The notes: generated by a model from the letters alone, not told the origin. Shown: positions 1 to 13,801, counted from the whole stretch's first letter. The stretch: 55,442 nt of DNA, filler included, from Ionaspis alba (GCA_964255285.1; 4 parts of 4 records of this genome joined end to end with filler, not necessarily neighbours in it), one strand, 5' to 3'. Numbers and translations are program-made.

Positions 1-1535
1 GTCATATAGATACATGAACGCATAATGTAAGTCCAAGGCTTCAGGGGAATGCAAATACTCGAGATGAAGAAGCGGGAAGAGGGTAAACGACACGAAAGAG
101 AGTGAACTCATAGGAGAACAGTATAAGCAGCTCATCTATGTGCTTCGCTGCCAACCACGAAGCGACTAGTGCCATCTGTCGTGTCCTTGGGTATTCATAA
201 TCTCCGTGAACAAGGCATACCTACGTTTGAGAAGATAAAGAATATGTATCCGCTATGCATGATTGCAGACTGCATGCCTCATTGCACAAACAGACGGGAA
301 TTAAAGGTAGAGCACAGGCTCTTGTAGATTGTTGAATATGAAATTATGCACGTTATGCAGAAAGAGATCGAAGAACGCTGTTTGCAAGTAGAAATCGAAA
401 CTACTTTAGAGAGCTCGAGAGTGGAGTAATAACGAAGTACTAGCGTCGTAGTGTGCTGGCATCTGTAAGATGGTTCAGAAACGAAGCATCAGCGGCGTCT
501 GGAAGAATCATACCTGCGATCGACCACTAGTCTTCATTGTTGCATTATCAAAGACGCGGAAATATGCTTGTTCTGGTGACGTCTGGACTAGCGGACTTTG
601 TGCAGAGAGGACTTGCCTGCCCTCCTAGCGAACATGATGATAATGTTAGAGGATATGCCAAGGCAAATGCTTTGATGACGGAAATGCTGGCTTAAATACC
701 TGATGGTAGTCGTGGGACAAGACTGCTACATCATGGTAAATAATGGGAAAAGTATATGGGGATGGTGAAGTGATAACCATTTCTGCTAGTCAGCTCTGTT
801 CTAATTAGGAGTCAGTAGCACCTCTCTCCGATGGTAAGTGTTGAGCTGCACTAGGTCTAGGAAGGTATGATCGGATAACACCATAACGCGATACCTGATC
901 TGGCAATAGGGTTGTGCTAAGCGCGACTGCCAGAACAAGCCGCCGTCCTCTTGTAAACACTTAACCTCCGTCTTTCCATCTCAATTCCAGGACTGCTGCA
1001 ACAGTGTTCGCAACCATCCACATTCGCTACAAGTTGCTTCCTCCTGGCCCATCGCTTCAAACGAACATAGCGTAACTAACACACTCGGTAAGTGGTGTTG
1101 TACTTGGTCCCCCCTGCCGTCACATTTCAACACCATTAGCCACGATAACACCACTGATAGAAGAGCTGCATGAAAGATATGCAGCATTACCCAATGAACG
1201 ACTTCCAAAGCGCCGGCAGGCAAGGCAAACATCAAGCTGACTGAACTTGCTGCAGACCAACCTAAGACCAAGCTCCTCCACTCAGCGACGTTCACAATAA
1301 TCCGTCTTCCGGCAAGGAAATGTTGACCTAGAACCAGTGAAGTACCGAATCTATCATCCATGAGCGTTTCCTGAAGGTTCCTGCACTTTCAGCTCCGTAA
1401 ATTGAGTATCCACTTCAAGCTCAATCTCAGATCTTCGCCTTGTGCGCATATTGGTAGAAGCTGGCTCCGCTAGAGTCTGCTCACTGAACTGTTCAGTGCC
1501 AACGAGTCGCCACGCCTAAAGTGTCTTTGCACATC

Positions 1536-4500
1536 ATGGAATCCTCTGGTATGTCATCAATTTCGGACATGGTACAGGTCACTAAGCTTGTGATCTTGCA
1601 GTACTAGCAGAAGTCACGAACAACGATGAGCGGATTACCAGCTCCAGCCACATCTATGACACTGCGACGCTGGTCAAGCTCGGCATGAATTCTCGTCTAT
1701 CACGACGAGAACTGCGATTCAGCGAAGAAGCTCCACTTGGTTAGTAGTACAAGCGTTGTACTTTTGCCGAATTGGCAAGCCCAACTTGTGCATCTTCGTC
1801 TTTTCACATCTTGTGGCGTTCATCCTCAACCCTGTCCTTCACCCTTCACGCATCCACCATTTGCTCCCTGTATCGAGACTTCTTCTGCGGTACAACACTT
1901 TCCGAGATTGTTCATGATCACGTTCTCCTTGTCTTTTCGCCCTTTTCAATCAAGAAAGAAACAGCGTACTCAACTTCAATAAGCACTTCCCCAGCTCTGT
2001 CTGTGGGGATTGTCGACGATCTCATCTCATTTGTCGCGTTCACATCAGTACAAGTCCTCTTCCTGATCACAAAGTCAAAGTCAATCTCCTAAACTCGTAC
2101 TGACATATCTGTAGAGCATGTTCTGAAAGAGCCTGTCTCAAAACATAGCTTCAGAGCCATTATGGATCCAGAGCGGTATGAAGACTCATCTGGGCCGTAC
2201 ACGCTCGTGAGCGATGATGAGGATGCTGCATGCCAGGGAGGTGTATCACTGGTGCAGCCCAAACTGTTCTTAGTTCCTGAGCGTCAGCCATTGTTTCCTC
2301 CCCAATCAGAGGTCGCTCAACAACATGCAGGCTTTGCTCGTTTTATGAAGGAGCATGCTTCTCCAACATCTCAACGAGTAACTGCCGGAGGTCGTATAGT
2401 CCCTGCTGGACCGAAGTCACCTCCTCCCACCTTCCATATGGACTTCATCGACCACATTCTCCGCGAAGCAGAAGCAGCCCACAAGACTACCGAAGCTGTG
2501 ACTGAACGCACTGACCGCTGGAATGAGCCATTTGGCACTGGGATCCGAACAACAAAGGCCGATGCAAAGACAGTAAAGGTCAGCGATCAGCGCCATGGGG
2601 AGGGCGAATCGCTCAAATACAATGACGAGGCAAAAGCCGAACCGTCTTACAACACGACGGCACCACCTCTCGGCAATCCTACCGTGGCAGCAGAACCAGC
2701 CCAGTTTGGTAATGCTGCTAACACTCAACGTACTAGCAGTGGCCCTGTTGAGATTCCTGCCTTTGCACAACCGGTTGCAATGCTCGCTGATGGTACCGCA
2801 ATTGTTAACATTGGTGGTGCATTCCTCCNNNNNNNNNNNNNNNNNNNNNNNNNNNNNNNNNNNNNNNNNNNNNNNNNNNNNNNNNNNNNNNNNNNNNNNN
2901 NNNNNNNNNNNNNNNNNNNNNNNNNNNNTCTCATAGCAATGCTCAAGCGATCGAGCCAAGCAAGGGCAATGAAGCACAATACCCATCTGAACCATCAACT
3001 CCCACGTGGGCCAAAGCACCAACTGAGTGGGGAGAAGTGAAAGACTTCCGAGGAGGTCCGATCCTGCAGGAAGACATGGACTACTGTGAGAAAATTGGAT
3101 TCAACAATCCTCATGTTCCCAAAAAGTATTGTACGACAGTCTTGGAAATGCAGGAAGCAATTTCCCAGGCCCGTGAGCGCGTCAAGAGATATGGTTCCTT
3201 GCTCGGCGATGACGAAGATGCCCAATGGTCCGCGGAACTTGACCTTCGACAAGCCATGCGTGAAGAAGTGCCGATTCCGATACCGCCCAGACCTGCGGAA
3301 TTCGTGACCAATCAGACTCCTTATGATTGGCAAGATTCTGTCTTCAATGTTCGCAGAGGACAAGATTCCGATTGGCTGCCCGAGACCTATGCTCGCTTCC
3401 CTGGTGAGGTACAGATGGAGGCTGATAGAGGACATTGGACTGTCAGCGGCCTCGAAAGACAAAAGGCGTATATGGATGTACTTGCTGATGACAAGACCAA
3501 AGCAGAGGCGGCAATGGCTGCAGACACCGCAAAAGCTGCAAGGACAGCGTCATTGACTCGTTCCGGTAATAAGTGGTCTAGCAACAGCAACAGCTTTGGA
3601 GACCCCAAAACTCCTACACGCAGCAGCTCTAGCATAAATGCGCGCGGCGGAATCCAAAGTTCTGTGCGATCTGGGCATGCATGGACTGCAAGTCGCTATC
3701 AAAGTTTTGCTGAAGAAGCAAATGAGGATTCTGGCGTCGCTCAAGGCGGACGCGGTAGCGCAGCAGCGGTTGGTATTCGACCTTTCGATTCTTCAAAGTA
3801 AGTATCAGACTTTGTTAAGATTGATTGACGATGCTAATCCTCGATCGAGTAGAGCTCGCAGCAATCGTCCGAAAAAGGGTCAGGCTTCATTCAAATACAC
3901 ACCAGATAGCAAAGTCGACTCGCCAGGAAATTTGAAGGCCGATGAATTCAAATCAGTGCCGATTGCGAGGTTAGTCATTGCGTTACTAATTCAAACCATC
4001 TTGCTTGACCTCTGATGGAATATCTAGCACAAGTGACCTCGACAATTCGAAAAATATCTTGCGTCACACTCTCGAAACAGTCCAGAACGCTATGAATTGG
4101 AATCAGATGCCCAACGAAACCTCCAAAGAGTTCGGCGTCCGCTACTACGGGCAGCACGCAATCCTGGAGAAGATTAAGAACGATGCTCGCGCGAAGGCAG
4201 AGGCAGAGGCAGACCGCAGCTTGGACGCGAAACAGGAGAATCAGCGTATTCAGAACGTCAAAGCCCGTTCTTCTCTCGCCTCCCCAACATACAATGCCAG
4301 AGGCACTGTCAGGAACGTCAGCAACCCCACGGCGCCCACCTATCTCTTAGCTGGCCAGGCAACTGGCTCGAAAGGTGGACAGTCCGCTTTTCACCCAACT
4401 GCAGGTAACCTTGGCTCTGCCGCTTCTCCCTTCCCTCGGACCCCAATGTTCGACGGAACCAATGTTGGAGCGCGTGGCTGGTATTCCACTGTGAGGAGCC

Positions 4501-4595
4501 AACCTCCGAATCGTCCCAACTATGGCCATCCACATCTTCAGTCATTCCAGACTTGGAGTCCGCACCAAGGCCCTCGCAACCCAGCTGGTTGGTAA
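1536..4595 (+). CDS. Uncharacterised fungal protein, multi-exon and largely low-complexity; spans an assembly gap
   Basis: Manual splicing: exon 1536-1548, intron GTATGT..CAG 1549-1601, exon 1602-1739, intron GTTAGT..CTGAC..TAG 1740-2114, then an exon from 2115 in frame with ORF 2162. The frame is open again after the gap (2929 onward, ORF 3037-3801), with further GTAAGT/GTTAGT introns to ORF 4005-4595. Contains the block FARFMKEHASPTSQRVTAGGRIVP, which resembles motifs in hypothetical ascomycete proteins. Confidence 0.6.
2829..2928. other. Assembly gap (100 N)
   Basis: Run of N; the reading frame differs on either side, so the true size is not 100. Confidence 0.98.
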
Positions 4596-6413
4596 ACGTG
4601 CACCGCCTCACCGGATCGGTAGAATTGGATAGAAGAGAGACGCGTTAGAGTTGAGACCGATTCGTGATTGCTTTTCTTGCAACATGAGTTTTCTTGACTC
4701 GGATCTCCCTCGTTGACACTTATCCGCTCGTTCCCACCTTTCTGGAATAGCTGCTTGTTGCATCACATCTTTCGGTCTCGATCGGTCGACCACCATTTGT
4801 CCAGTATCTTGAACTTTCTCTTTCTAGCCAGCTGGAGGCTCCCTATTCGATCGATCGCAAGAACACTTTATTGTCCATGACTCGACGCACATACACACAT
4901 ACACGAGAGTATCTTTGAGGTTGATGAATTTGGTAGAGCAACGACGGGAGTAGCAGCACGTTGTTAGATATCGTTTCTGGCATGTATGCGTTTCTCGGTC
5001 TGTATGAGACTCTCTGGAAAGCTATGATTGGTGTGTACTATTCTCTCGATGTGTATGTGTGGTCGAGGTACTCTTTTGTCCAGAACAGGAGATAGGTCAG
5101 AAGATTGACTTTGTTTTCGGGATGCTTGCTCTTGTATCTAAGAAATTATGAAGAGCTTAGGCCGCCATATACGGTGCCTCGTGTTGTGATGCTGGTGATG
5201 GTGTTGATGGTAGTGCGAGTGCTAAGGGTTGAAGAAGTGTAAATGGAATTTGAGCAGACGAGGGGGCATGAGTGAATCAAGGAGATCGATATCCACAATA
5301 GGTGATTACAGCAGCATCCACACGATGACAATGGGCTGTGAGAGATTTGCAGTCAAGGGAAAGTGGACCAGCACAGCTAGAGAAGACAATAGTAAATCGC
5401 CTCACAATATCCGTGCCATCCCCTATATCTTGGGACAGACAGTTATGTCTTCAATGAAACTTCATAGACACCAATCCCCTACCTAGAAACCCGAGTCAAG
5501 ACATTGTAGGAGAGGACAAGCACGGCACGGCAAAACATGTGAAATCTCTGTCCAATGACGGCGCCGCGGCGCCAAAACCGCCACCGCATGTCATCCCCTG
5601 CACTATTGGCCGCCCGCGCCAACCACAACGGTTCCTGTGACTGGCATCAACATGGGACTGCGTCACTCGAGCCTGTAGATTCCCACAAACTCCCGTAAAC
5701 CAAAACGTGGATGGTGGAGAGTTCCTCCGGGCATACTTCGAGAATGTGCCTCGAGGGATCTCTGAGATCTGCCACTTGCCGGTAGCCATGGCAATCGACT
5801 CGTTATCGTGTTCTGGCGTATGCGTTGTGGTGGACTAGATTCCGGGAATCAATGTCCATGTAAGAATGTCTTTCCCCTACACCCTCTTATAACGGTAATC
5901 TGATAAGAACGGTTGCGAAGAGGGGAATCAGTGCTGACCGCCCTTCTTTTTCGACTTCTAGAATCAGTGATCTTCAAGCAACTAGCATGCACGACATGAG
6001 ATAGATACTACGATCCTCGTTAGTGCCACGGCCTAGTCGTCGATATAAGCTCAAGCATTGAGTGGGTCTCAGGGCTAGGATGATGGCAGTCGAGCTCTTT
6101 GTTCGCTCGTCTCCGCATTAGCCAACGAGATTTCGTGATTCCTGCACGCCTTCCATCCCTCGACTTCACATGGGCAGCAGGTAAACTTTACTTCGCGACA
6201 ACAGCGAGCCTTCATTTCCATCGTATGTGCTAGTGAACCGCAACACGCCCATTTCTCCATGGCGAACTTCACATCAGCAAAGCAATTGTGCGACTTTGCT
6301 GGCTGCAGGGTGCGCCTACGCTCCGGTCTTTAACGATCAAAGACTTGGAACATACGAATCAACACTCGAAAGCTGTTTAAGGAGGATCGAAGCATCATTG
6401 CCATCGAGCAATC

Positions 6414-9400
6414 ATGAAGTTCGGAAGGAATCTACCACGCAATCAGGTGCCAGAGTGGGCATCGTCATACATCAATTACAAAGCTTTGAAGAAGCTCATC
6501 AAGACTGCTGCGGAGACTGCTAAGCAGGGAGGGGTGGCTGACACTGCTGGTAGGTCATTTGCTTGCAAGCGGCTTCTAACATTCACTGATTTCCCTTCCT
6601 TCAGAATTTTTCTTCTCCCTGGATAGAAACCTCGAAGACGTCGACAATTTTTACAACAAGAAGTTCAGTGACGCCGCAAGACGGCTAAAGCTGCTTCAAG
6701 ATCAATATGGCAAATCTACCACAACACCGGCTGGTCTTGATAGAGATGAAGTGGAAGACCTCATGGGAGCTCTGCTCGAGCTGCGAGGAGCACTCAGAAA
6801 ACTACAATGGTATGGCGAGGTCAACCGTAGAGGGTTCATCAAGATTACAAAGAAACTGGATAAGAAGGTGCCAGAGGTGACAGCTCAGAGACGGTATCTT
6901 GAGTCCAAGGTAGATCTGAAGCCTTTTGCTACCAATGTGATCTTGCAAGACTTGTTCAAGACTATCAACGATTGGCTTTCGAAGCTTGGAGACATCAAAC
7001 AATTTGACGATAACAGCTCAACTCACTCAGCCCACTCGATCGCACGAGTGTCGGCCAAAGCGATCTTAAATCTCCCACAAGGTCTACTGGACACAGTTGA
7101 CCAAGCTATACGCACTGATGACGCTGCAATCCTAATGGAGTTGCTTGAAGAAGCCAACGTGGAACATAGAGACCCCGAAGGTGCCTATCAACGATTGTTG
7201 CTCAACCTCTTGCAGCGATCCATCTCCTGCCATGCAAAGTCTTGCATTGCGAAGCTACTCGACAACCTCGACACGTTGGAGGAAGCTGACGACATCAATC
7301 AACGAAACTGTCTTCACCGCCTCGTCATCTCTCTGGGCAGGACCAAGTCGGCGGAAGATGCTGAAAAGCTTGCTGACCTTACCGCCAGAGATTCGATAGA
7401 CAACTCGCACTTTATCACACCTGCTGCGCCTCCTCTACTTGCACCACCTGCACGTGTGATTAAGGAGATCGATGGGGCCAAAGATTTCGGTCGCAACGAT
7501 AGATCTATCGTACTTCTAGAATATTTTCTCGACCAATTAAAACCTCGACAACGATTTGCTCTGCAAGCACGAGATGTCTACGGGCGCATGCCTCTTCACT
7601 ACGCAGCTCAATATGGCTTCGTCGTGATTTGTCAGGTTATTATTTCCCGCATGCAGGCATGGGATCAATTCGAGGTCTCTCAGGGCATTGATGCACCCTT
7701 CTGGCAAGACGCTGAGGGCTGGGCACCTCTGCATCTCAGCGTCATGGGCGGTCATCCCTTGACCACACAAGCATTGCTCGAGTCCGAAGACTGGAGAGGT
7801 GCCCAAGATCGAAAAGCCGCAGTCCGCAAGCATATGTCCAAGTCCGGTGAAGTACTGGCGCTAGCTACGAAGGAAAACTTTGAAGTTATCGTGCAACTGC
7901 TAGTCGATGCTGGAGTGGATCTGAACCACCAGGATGAGCACGGTGAAACTGCTCTTCATGTGGCAGCCAGATTCGGACACTCCAAATGTGCTGAAGCCTT
8001 GTTGAGAGGCACTGCCACTCAGAAGTCTGACACCGAGATCGCAGAGAATACGTTTGGCTGGACTCCGCTCTTCGTTGCTTGTGTCGACGGTCACTTGAGT
8101 GTGGTAGAACTGCTCATAGAGGCTGGAGCTGACCTCGAACGATGTGATACCTCTGGCTGGACTGCAAAGGAGCACGCCTCGCTTAGAGGTCATCTGGACA
8201 TTGCAAAAGTCTTGGCAGAGAAGACATCATCGCCTGTCCTAAGCAGCTCGAGCTCCTCAGTGAAGTCCTCTTCTCCTCCTTCGTCATCCTCGCTCGCAGA
8301 ACGAAAGTCGAATGGACTTACCAGCACGAACGGATCATTGAAGACTACTGAGCCGGTCAAGACGTTCGGACACCGCTACTTGACAGACGAGAGTATGGTT
8401 TTGGTTAGCCTTGGCACTATGGATATGCGTAAAGCTGTTCAGGCAGTCAAGCTCGACCGGATTCCAATTGCCGATGCTCATTCCACTCAGCTCGATACTG
8501 CTCTTTCCGTCGTCGTATCAGCCTTCGGAGCCCATGGTGAACCTTCGATCGTTGATCTTCCAGTGCAAGAGAATATCAGCACGGAGCCTATTGTCTTTTA
8601 TACCAAGGATGCAAGCAAAGTCAAGTTGATGTTTGATATTGTCCCCACCTATGCCGGCTCCAAAGACCAGATTGTCGGTCGCGGCGTTGCGCTCCTCTCC
8701 ACCATCAAGCCCAGCATTGGCTCCAAGCGTATCAGTCTTCAAGGGGACGTCGCTGTTCCCATCATGGCAGCACACAATCTTGAAGTCATCGGGTCCGTCA
8801 ACTTCAACTTTCTGATCATCACACCCTTCAAACACCCCAATATGTCGATCACAGAGAATGCGACTTATTGGAAGAGCATGACTTCGACAATGGTCATCGG
8901 ACATCGAGGTAATGGCTTGCCTAATGATTTCCTTTCTTCTGTTGCCTCTCCTAATATTTGGGTGAAGGTCTGGGAAAGAATTTGGCTTCGAGGAAGTCGT
9001 TACAGCTTGGGGAGAATACCATTCAGGTATGACAGTACAGCTCTCTAGGACCAGCGTTGCTGATACAGAGCAGTCGTTCATTGCGGCTGCGAATCTTGGA
9101 GCTTCTTATGTTGAAGTACGTCCATTCCTGACACCATGTATGCCAAATTGTGCTAATACTATGTAGTTCGGTATGCGATCTACGTTTAGAAATGACTGTT
9201 TCTCTAAATTAATGCAAGTTAGATGTGCAATTGACCAAGGACCATGTACCCGTCATCTATCATGACTTTCTCGTCAGCGAGACAGGCATTGATGCTCCTG
9301 TCCACACTCTGACTCTTGAGCAAGTAAGAACTTTTCTCGCCTACCGTTTGATCCATACATCTGACCCTTGCACGCCTAGTTCATGCATGTCAGCGACGGC

Positions 9401-10489
9401 CGAACTCCACGAACATCTCGCCCAGCATCCCCGACTCCTATGAATGACTCCTCAGTCAAAGGCATCAGAGGCACCGAGTCTCGCAAGCAGCGGTCGATGT
9501 CCGTTGGGGTCTCCAATGTAGACGATGCCTCAGACATGCGCGAGCGCATGAAGCACACGCGTGACTTCAAGAAGAAAGGTTACAAAGGCAACAGCCGCGG
9601 GAATTTCATTCAGGCACCTTTCACCACACTAGAAGAGATGTTCAAGAAGCTGCCTGAGAGCATCGGCTTCAATATCGAAATGAGTGCGTCCTTTTCCTGT
9701 CCGCCAGTCGACGTATTGTTGTTTTCCACTCCTCACTAATTCAAGTCGCAGAATACCCAATGCTGCACGAGTCCGAAGAGCAAGAAATGGACACCTACGC
9801 CGTCGAACTCAATTCCTTCGTCGACACCGTGCTAACCAAAGTCTACGAGCTCGGTAAAAAGCGCAATATAATCTTCTCGTCCTTCAACCCTGACGTCTGT
9901 CTCATACTCTCGTTCAAGCAGCCTTCTATCCCTGTTCTCTTTCTAACGGATGCTGGGACTGAACCGGTATCTGACATCAGAGCTAGTAGTTTGCAAGAGG
10001 CGATTCGGTTCGCGAGTCGCTGGAATTTGCTGGGCGTGGTGAGTATTGCTGAGCCACTAGTGATGGCACCAAGACTGGTGAAAGTGGTAAAGGAGAGTGG
10101 GTTGGTTTGTGTTAGTTATGGATTACTGAATAATGATCCGGAGAATGTCAAGGTATGTTCATGAGTCCTACAGTCCTACATTCTTCTTTGGCGTACCTTC
10201 ATTACCGAGCCTCGGCTTACAATGTGTCGTCTAGTTGCAAGTCCAAGAGGGAATTGACGCTGTCATCGTTGATAGCGTGCTGGCTATCCGTAAGGGGCTC
10301 ACTGGGACGGATTCAACAGCAGCTCCGAAACCGACAGGCGATGCACCTGTGAATATCAACGGGAGCGCTGCTTCCACACCACGACCAAATGGAAAATTCA
10401 GAAATGAAGCTGATCTAGCTAACGGAACAAGTGAGAAGGGCAAAGACTCTACTATGATAAATGGTAACGTAAAAGATGCGGGAGGGTAG
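6414..10489 (+). CDS. GDE1: Glycerophosphocholine phosphodiesterase (SPX + ankyrin repeats + GDPD domain)
   Basis: SPX start MKFGRNLPRNQVPEWASSYINYKALKK; ankyrin repeats (GRMPLHYAA, GETALHVAA, GWTPLFVAC); GDPD motifs VIGHRG, GENTIQSF, YVEFDVQLTKD, FNIEMKYP, IIFSSFNPD. Exons 6414-6549, 6605-8908, 8968-9026, 9074-9115, 9167-9170, 9223-9323, 9380-9683, 9752-10152, 10235-10489, all GT-AG and in phase. Confidence 0.96.
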
Positions 10490-10589
10490 NNNNNNNNNNN
10501 NNNNNNNNNNNNNNNNNNNNNNNNNNNNNNNNNNNNNNNNNNNNNNNNNNNNNNNNNNNNNNNNNNNNNNNNNNNNNNNNNNNNNNNNN
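10490..10589. other. Assembly gap (100 N) between the convergent GDE1 and PRMT5 stop codons
   Basis: Run of N immediately after the GDE1 TAG. Confidence 0.98.
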
Positions 10590-10591
10590 AA

Positions 10592-13507
10592 TCACATTAA
10601 GCATCCACCCTTCCAGCTACTACACAGCTCAGTCATCCCCAGCCTGACCTTGCTCTTTCCGCCGCCCTGCTTTGGTTTCAAGGCCCAGGACTCAACTTGC
10701 CACTCGTACCAGACTTTGCGGTCGTCGGTTTGGCGCCAGATATGGACGGTTAGGAGGGAAGCGTCGGGGATGTAGAGGGGTGACTGGGAGATCAAATATC
10801 AGTACAGTCAAAGGAAGGGGAATGAGAGGGCTCAACAAAGGTGCCATTGCCGGAGGACAGTAATGGAACAGATAGGGAAAAGGACAGTGAAAAGGTTATA
10901 AGATCCTTATGCATACCTTGAGGGGAAAGAATATCGGAAACCAGCTGATCATGCCGTCCGATTTCGCCTCCATCGTATTGGGATTCGTGCTCAGCTCGAC
11001 TCCAGGATATAAGACTGATTCGAAATAGCCGGCCAGGCCATGACAGACACCGCGATCGCGAGTAGGAAACTCGAGACGGGCGTAGCGTGTATTGTGGGTG
11101 TTCGATAGTGGCGTTGGGGGCGGCTGAGCTTGAGGAGCATGGTGGAAAGACCAGACGGGAAGAATGGTAGGTGAGGGTGACGGCGTCGACGAGGTGGGGA
11201 CTTGTGGAGCAGCGGGGTGGACCGGTGTCGTGGTAGCCTTGGAGGAGTCGCTGCCTTTGTCTTTAGTGGATGTGGACGGCGAGGGGGTGAGAGGCGGTTG
11301 GAAGGATGCCGTGCTGAGGTAATCGATTGCGTGTAACCAAACGACGGAAGGAGTCTCAGGCGCTGTTGGATCCCAGCTTGTGCGCGAGGCGATGTCAGCG
11401 TGCAGTTTAGGGGCTGCAATGGGTGTGAGGAAGGCCGTGTAGGAGGCTGGGATTGAGATGCCGTGAGATGGGTTCAGCAGGTGTAGGATTCCATCCAGGC
11501 ATTCGGGGGAGAGTTCGTTATCGGCGAAAGAGCCGAGGAGCTCGGAGATGAGGATGTCGATTGGAGTGTGGCCTGATTGAGGGGATTGAGGAACGGAGAT
11601 TGGCGGTGATGAGGGTGGTTCTAAAGCATCTTTGTTGCTGGTCCTTGTGGTTCCGTCTGATCTGAGGGTCTCTCGATCCTGGAGTAGAGAGGCATCTCTG
11701 CGCCAAGGTCCTTTCCATGAGCGCATGTCAGATTGAACTACTGTCACCTGTTCCCGCCAGTCCTCGATGTTGTGCCTCTGAAGCAAGACATAGGCATTAG
11801 GATTCTTCTCAACAGCCCAAAGCTCGATTTCCACACCTTCGGCCTCACTCGCTTGAAGTGCTCTTGTCACCAATGGACCACGACCAGCACCGGCAACAGC
11901 GACGACGACCTTTCCGCTAGGGCTTGAAGTTGGCCTGCCTTGGTCTGCCCAATCTCTCAAGGCTTTCCGGATGGCAAGCTCGTACTGCTCGTATTTGATC
12001 GGATCTTTCTCGAAGACTTCATAGGTCATGCTCTCCAGATTATCGGTGAGCGGTTGAAGCGGAATTTGAAGGTAGTCTTGATAGCCGGATCCATATTTCT
12101 CCACCACAGTCTGGGGAGGTTGTCGCTCCTGAAGGTGCCTGATATAAGTCAAGTGCGGAGTAGGATCGTTCGATATCTTGTTGTTCTTCTGAGGTCGATC
12201 AGATGCTTCAGCTGGGGTCGGGCATTCTTGAGCGTCAGCCAATACCTCGAAATTCACAGTTCCATTAATGGCTTGAGTAACTGGGTTATGGTTGTCCAAC
12301 CCTGGAATTGGTCCAACGTCACAGAGCAGAATCCATGGAGGGCTTTTCAGTCGCATCAGTCTGCTAATGTAGGCCTGCAAAGGTCTAGACAGAATTGGAT
12401 ATCCGGCGGAACTGGTGTAGAAGGTGTCCTGATTCATTGAGACCAGTCTGACAGGCTCGGAATACCATCTCGACTGGATTGAAAGGGGTAGTGTATGGCG
12501 AGGAAGAGAGAGAGCTGTTCGAAAATGCATCAGCCTCGTCAAAATGGCACCAGCTGCATCTAGCATCGAATGGATTGATTATGGGAAATGGGAAGTTGCA
12601 GTACCTCAACAACGATGACCGGCTCTTTCTCTTCACTAGGTCACAAATTTCATAATCGTCACACGAAAGGAGAGTAGGGGACCACGAGAGAGGGAGTTCA
12701 AGAATGATATTCGATTCTTACCTACGAAAAGCCTATTATTGTATTTACAAAAACTTCTGACAACGTTCCAAGCATCCCAGGTACCAAACACATCCGCTTT
12801 CCTCGGGCCCCTATCTTCTGCATCTCGCAAGTATTCTTCCCGGGCGAATCGAACCAAATCACCCATGTTATCATTTCCATCATCGTCTGGATGGTCAACC
12901 ATCGGCAATTGGATGTGTATTTGAAGGTGGTTTCCCACGTTTATGGCTTCTTGTATAGTGCGAGCGTATTGAGTCGTCCCATATGTTTTATAGTCTCCAT
13001 GGTGTAGTCTCGGGCCAGGTACGAAAACGTATTCAATCCCGCAAAACGCGGCATATGCAACTTCCAAGAGGAGCACCTGTCTCGATATACCAAACACTAG
13101 TGGATCTGGAGAACATAGGTCGATCCAAGGACTGACACAGGCAAGCAGTTGCGGTGTGATATCCCCAGGTGACAAAGCAGTGTCTGGCAGAGATAGTGGA
13201 GGTATTGTAGGTATTGGCGGAGGACTCGTCCGATCATCAGGGTCGTGCAGCAAAGTGCGAGCTGTGTCTTGTTGAGATAGTAGCACGAGTACACGAGAAT
13301 GGAAAAAGTCAGTGGTAATAGGACTGGTAAGCATATCATACTAGGTTTCTCGGTCAGTACGGCAATGGGGTGGAATATGAAGCTACCTGCATTGCAAGAA
13401 GTGGCTTGATACAGGACTTTGCCTGTTATTGGTAATGTTCTTCGGGTCTCATGGTGTCCAACATAAAAACGAGGCCTATACTGCTCATCCCCTGCTGGAT
13501 CGGTCAT
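10592..13507 (-). CDS. skb1: Type II protein arginine N-methyltransferase (PRMT5/Hsl7/Skb1)
   Basis: Motifs YQDYLQIPLQPLTDNLESMTYEVFEKDPIKY, VAGAGRGPLV (SAM binding), DILISELLGSFADNELSPECLDG (double-E loop), HGLAGYFESVLY, MISWFPIFFPL. N-terminal TIM-barrel ORF 12636-13334; start MTDPAGDEQ at 13507; first intron is GC-AG. Confidence 0.95.
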
Positions 13508-13801
13508 GGTGATCGAGGCTTGCGACAGCAAAGACTGACGGGGTTGGTGAGCTTGCGACGTTGCTTAAGTTTTTCAATATGGCTCGTGGAGTAGAAAATT
13601 CTGCTACGAAAGAAAGATGCCATCAGCTCCTTGGGAACCTCTTGATCTGCAATATGCCAGGTAAGTATCGTTTCCTTGCATTGTCGCTCAGGTGAATCTC
13701 TTAGTCGGCTCCGAATTAGGGATCCTGTAAAAGATCCCTGTAAATTTACCGGCGTCTGTTTTTCCGGACCCCATGTTCGAAGCCTGACTGACCTGGCATA
13801 G

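Noticed and set aside
981..1361. 126-aa hydrophobic minus-strand ORF and the 1-1500 region generally
   Set aside because: No recognisable domain or convincing splice structure; I cannot support a gene call.
6225..6333. Short uORF candidates upstream of GDE1
   Set aside because: The transcription start is unknown and the ORFs are short enough to be chance; I saw no CACGTG Pho4-type site nearby to support a regulatory model.
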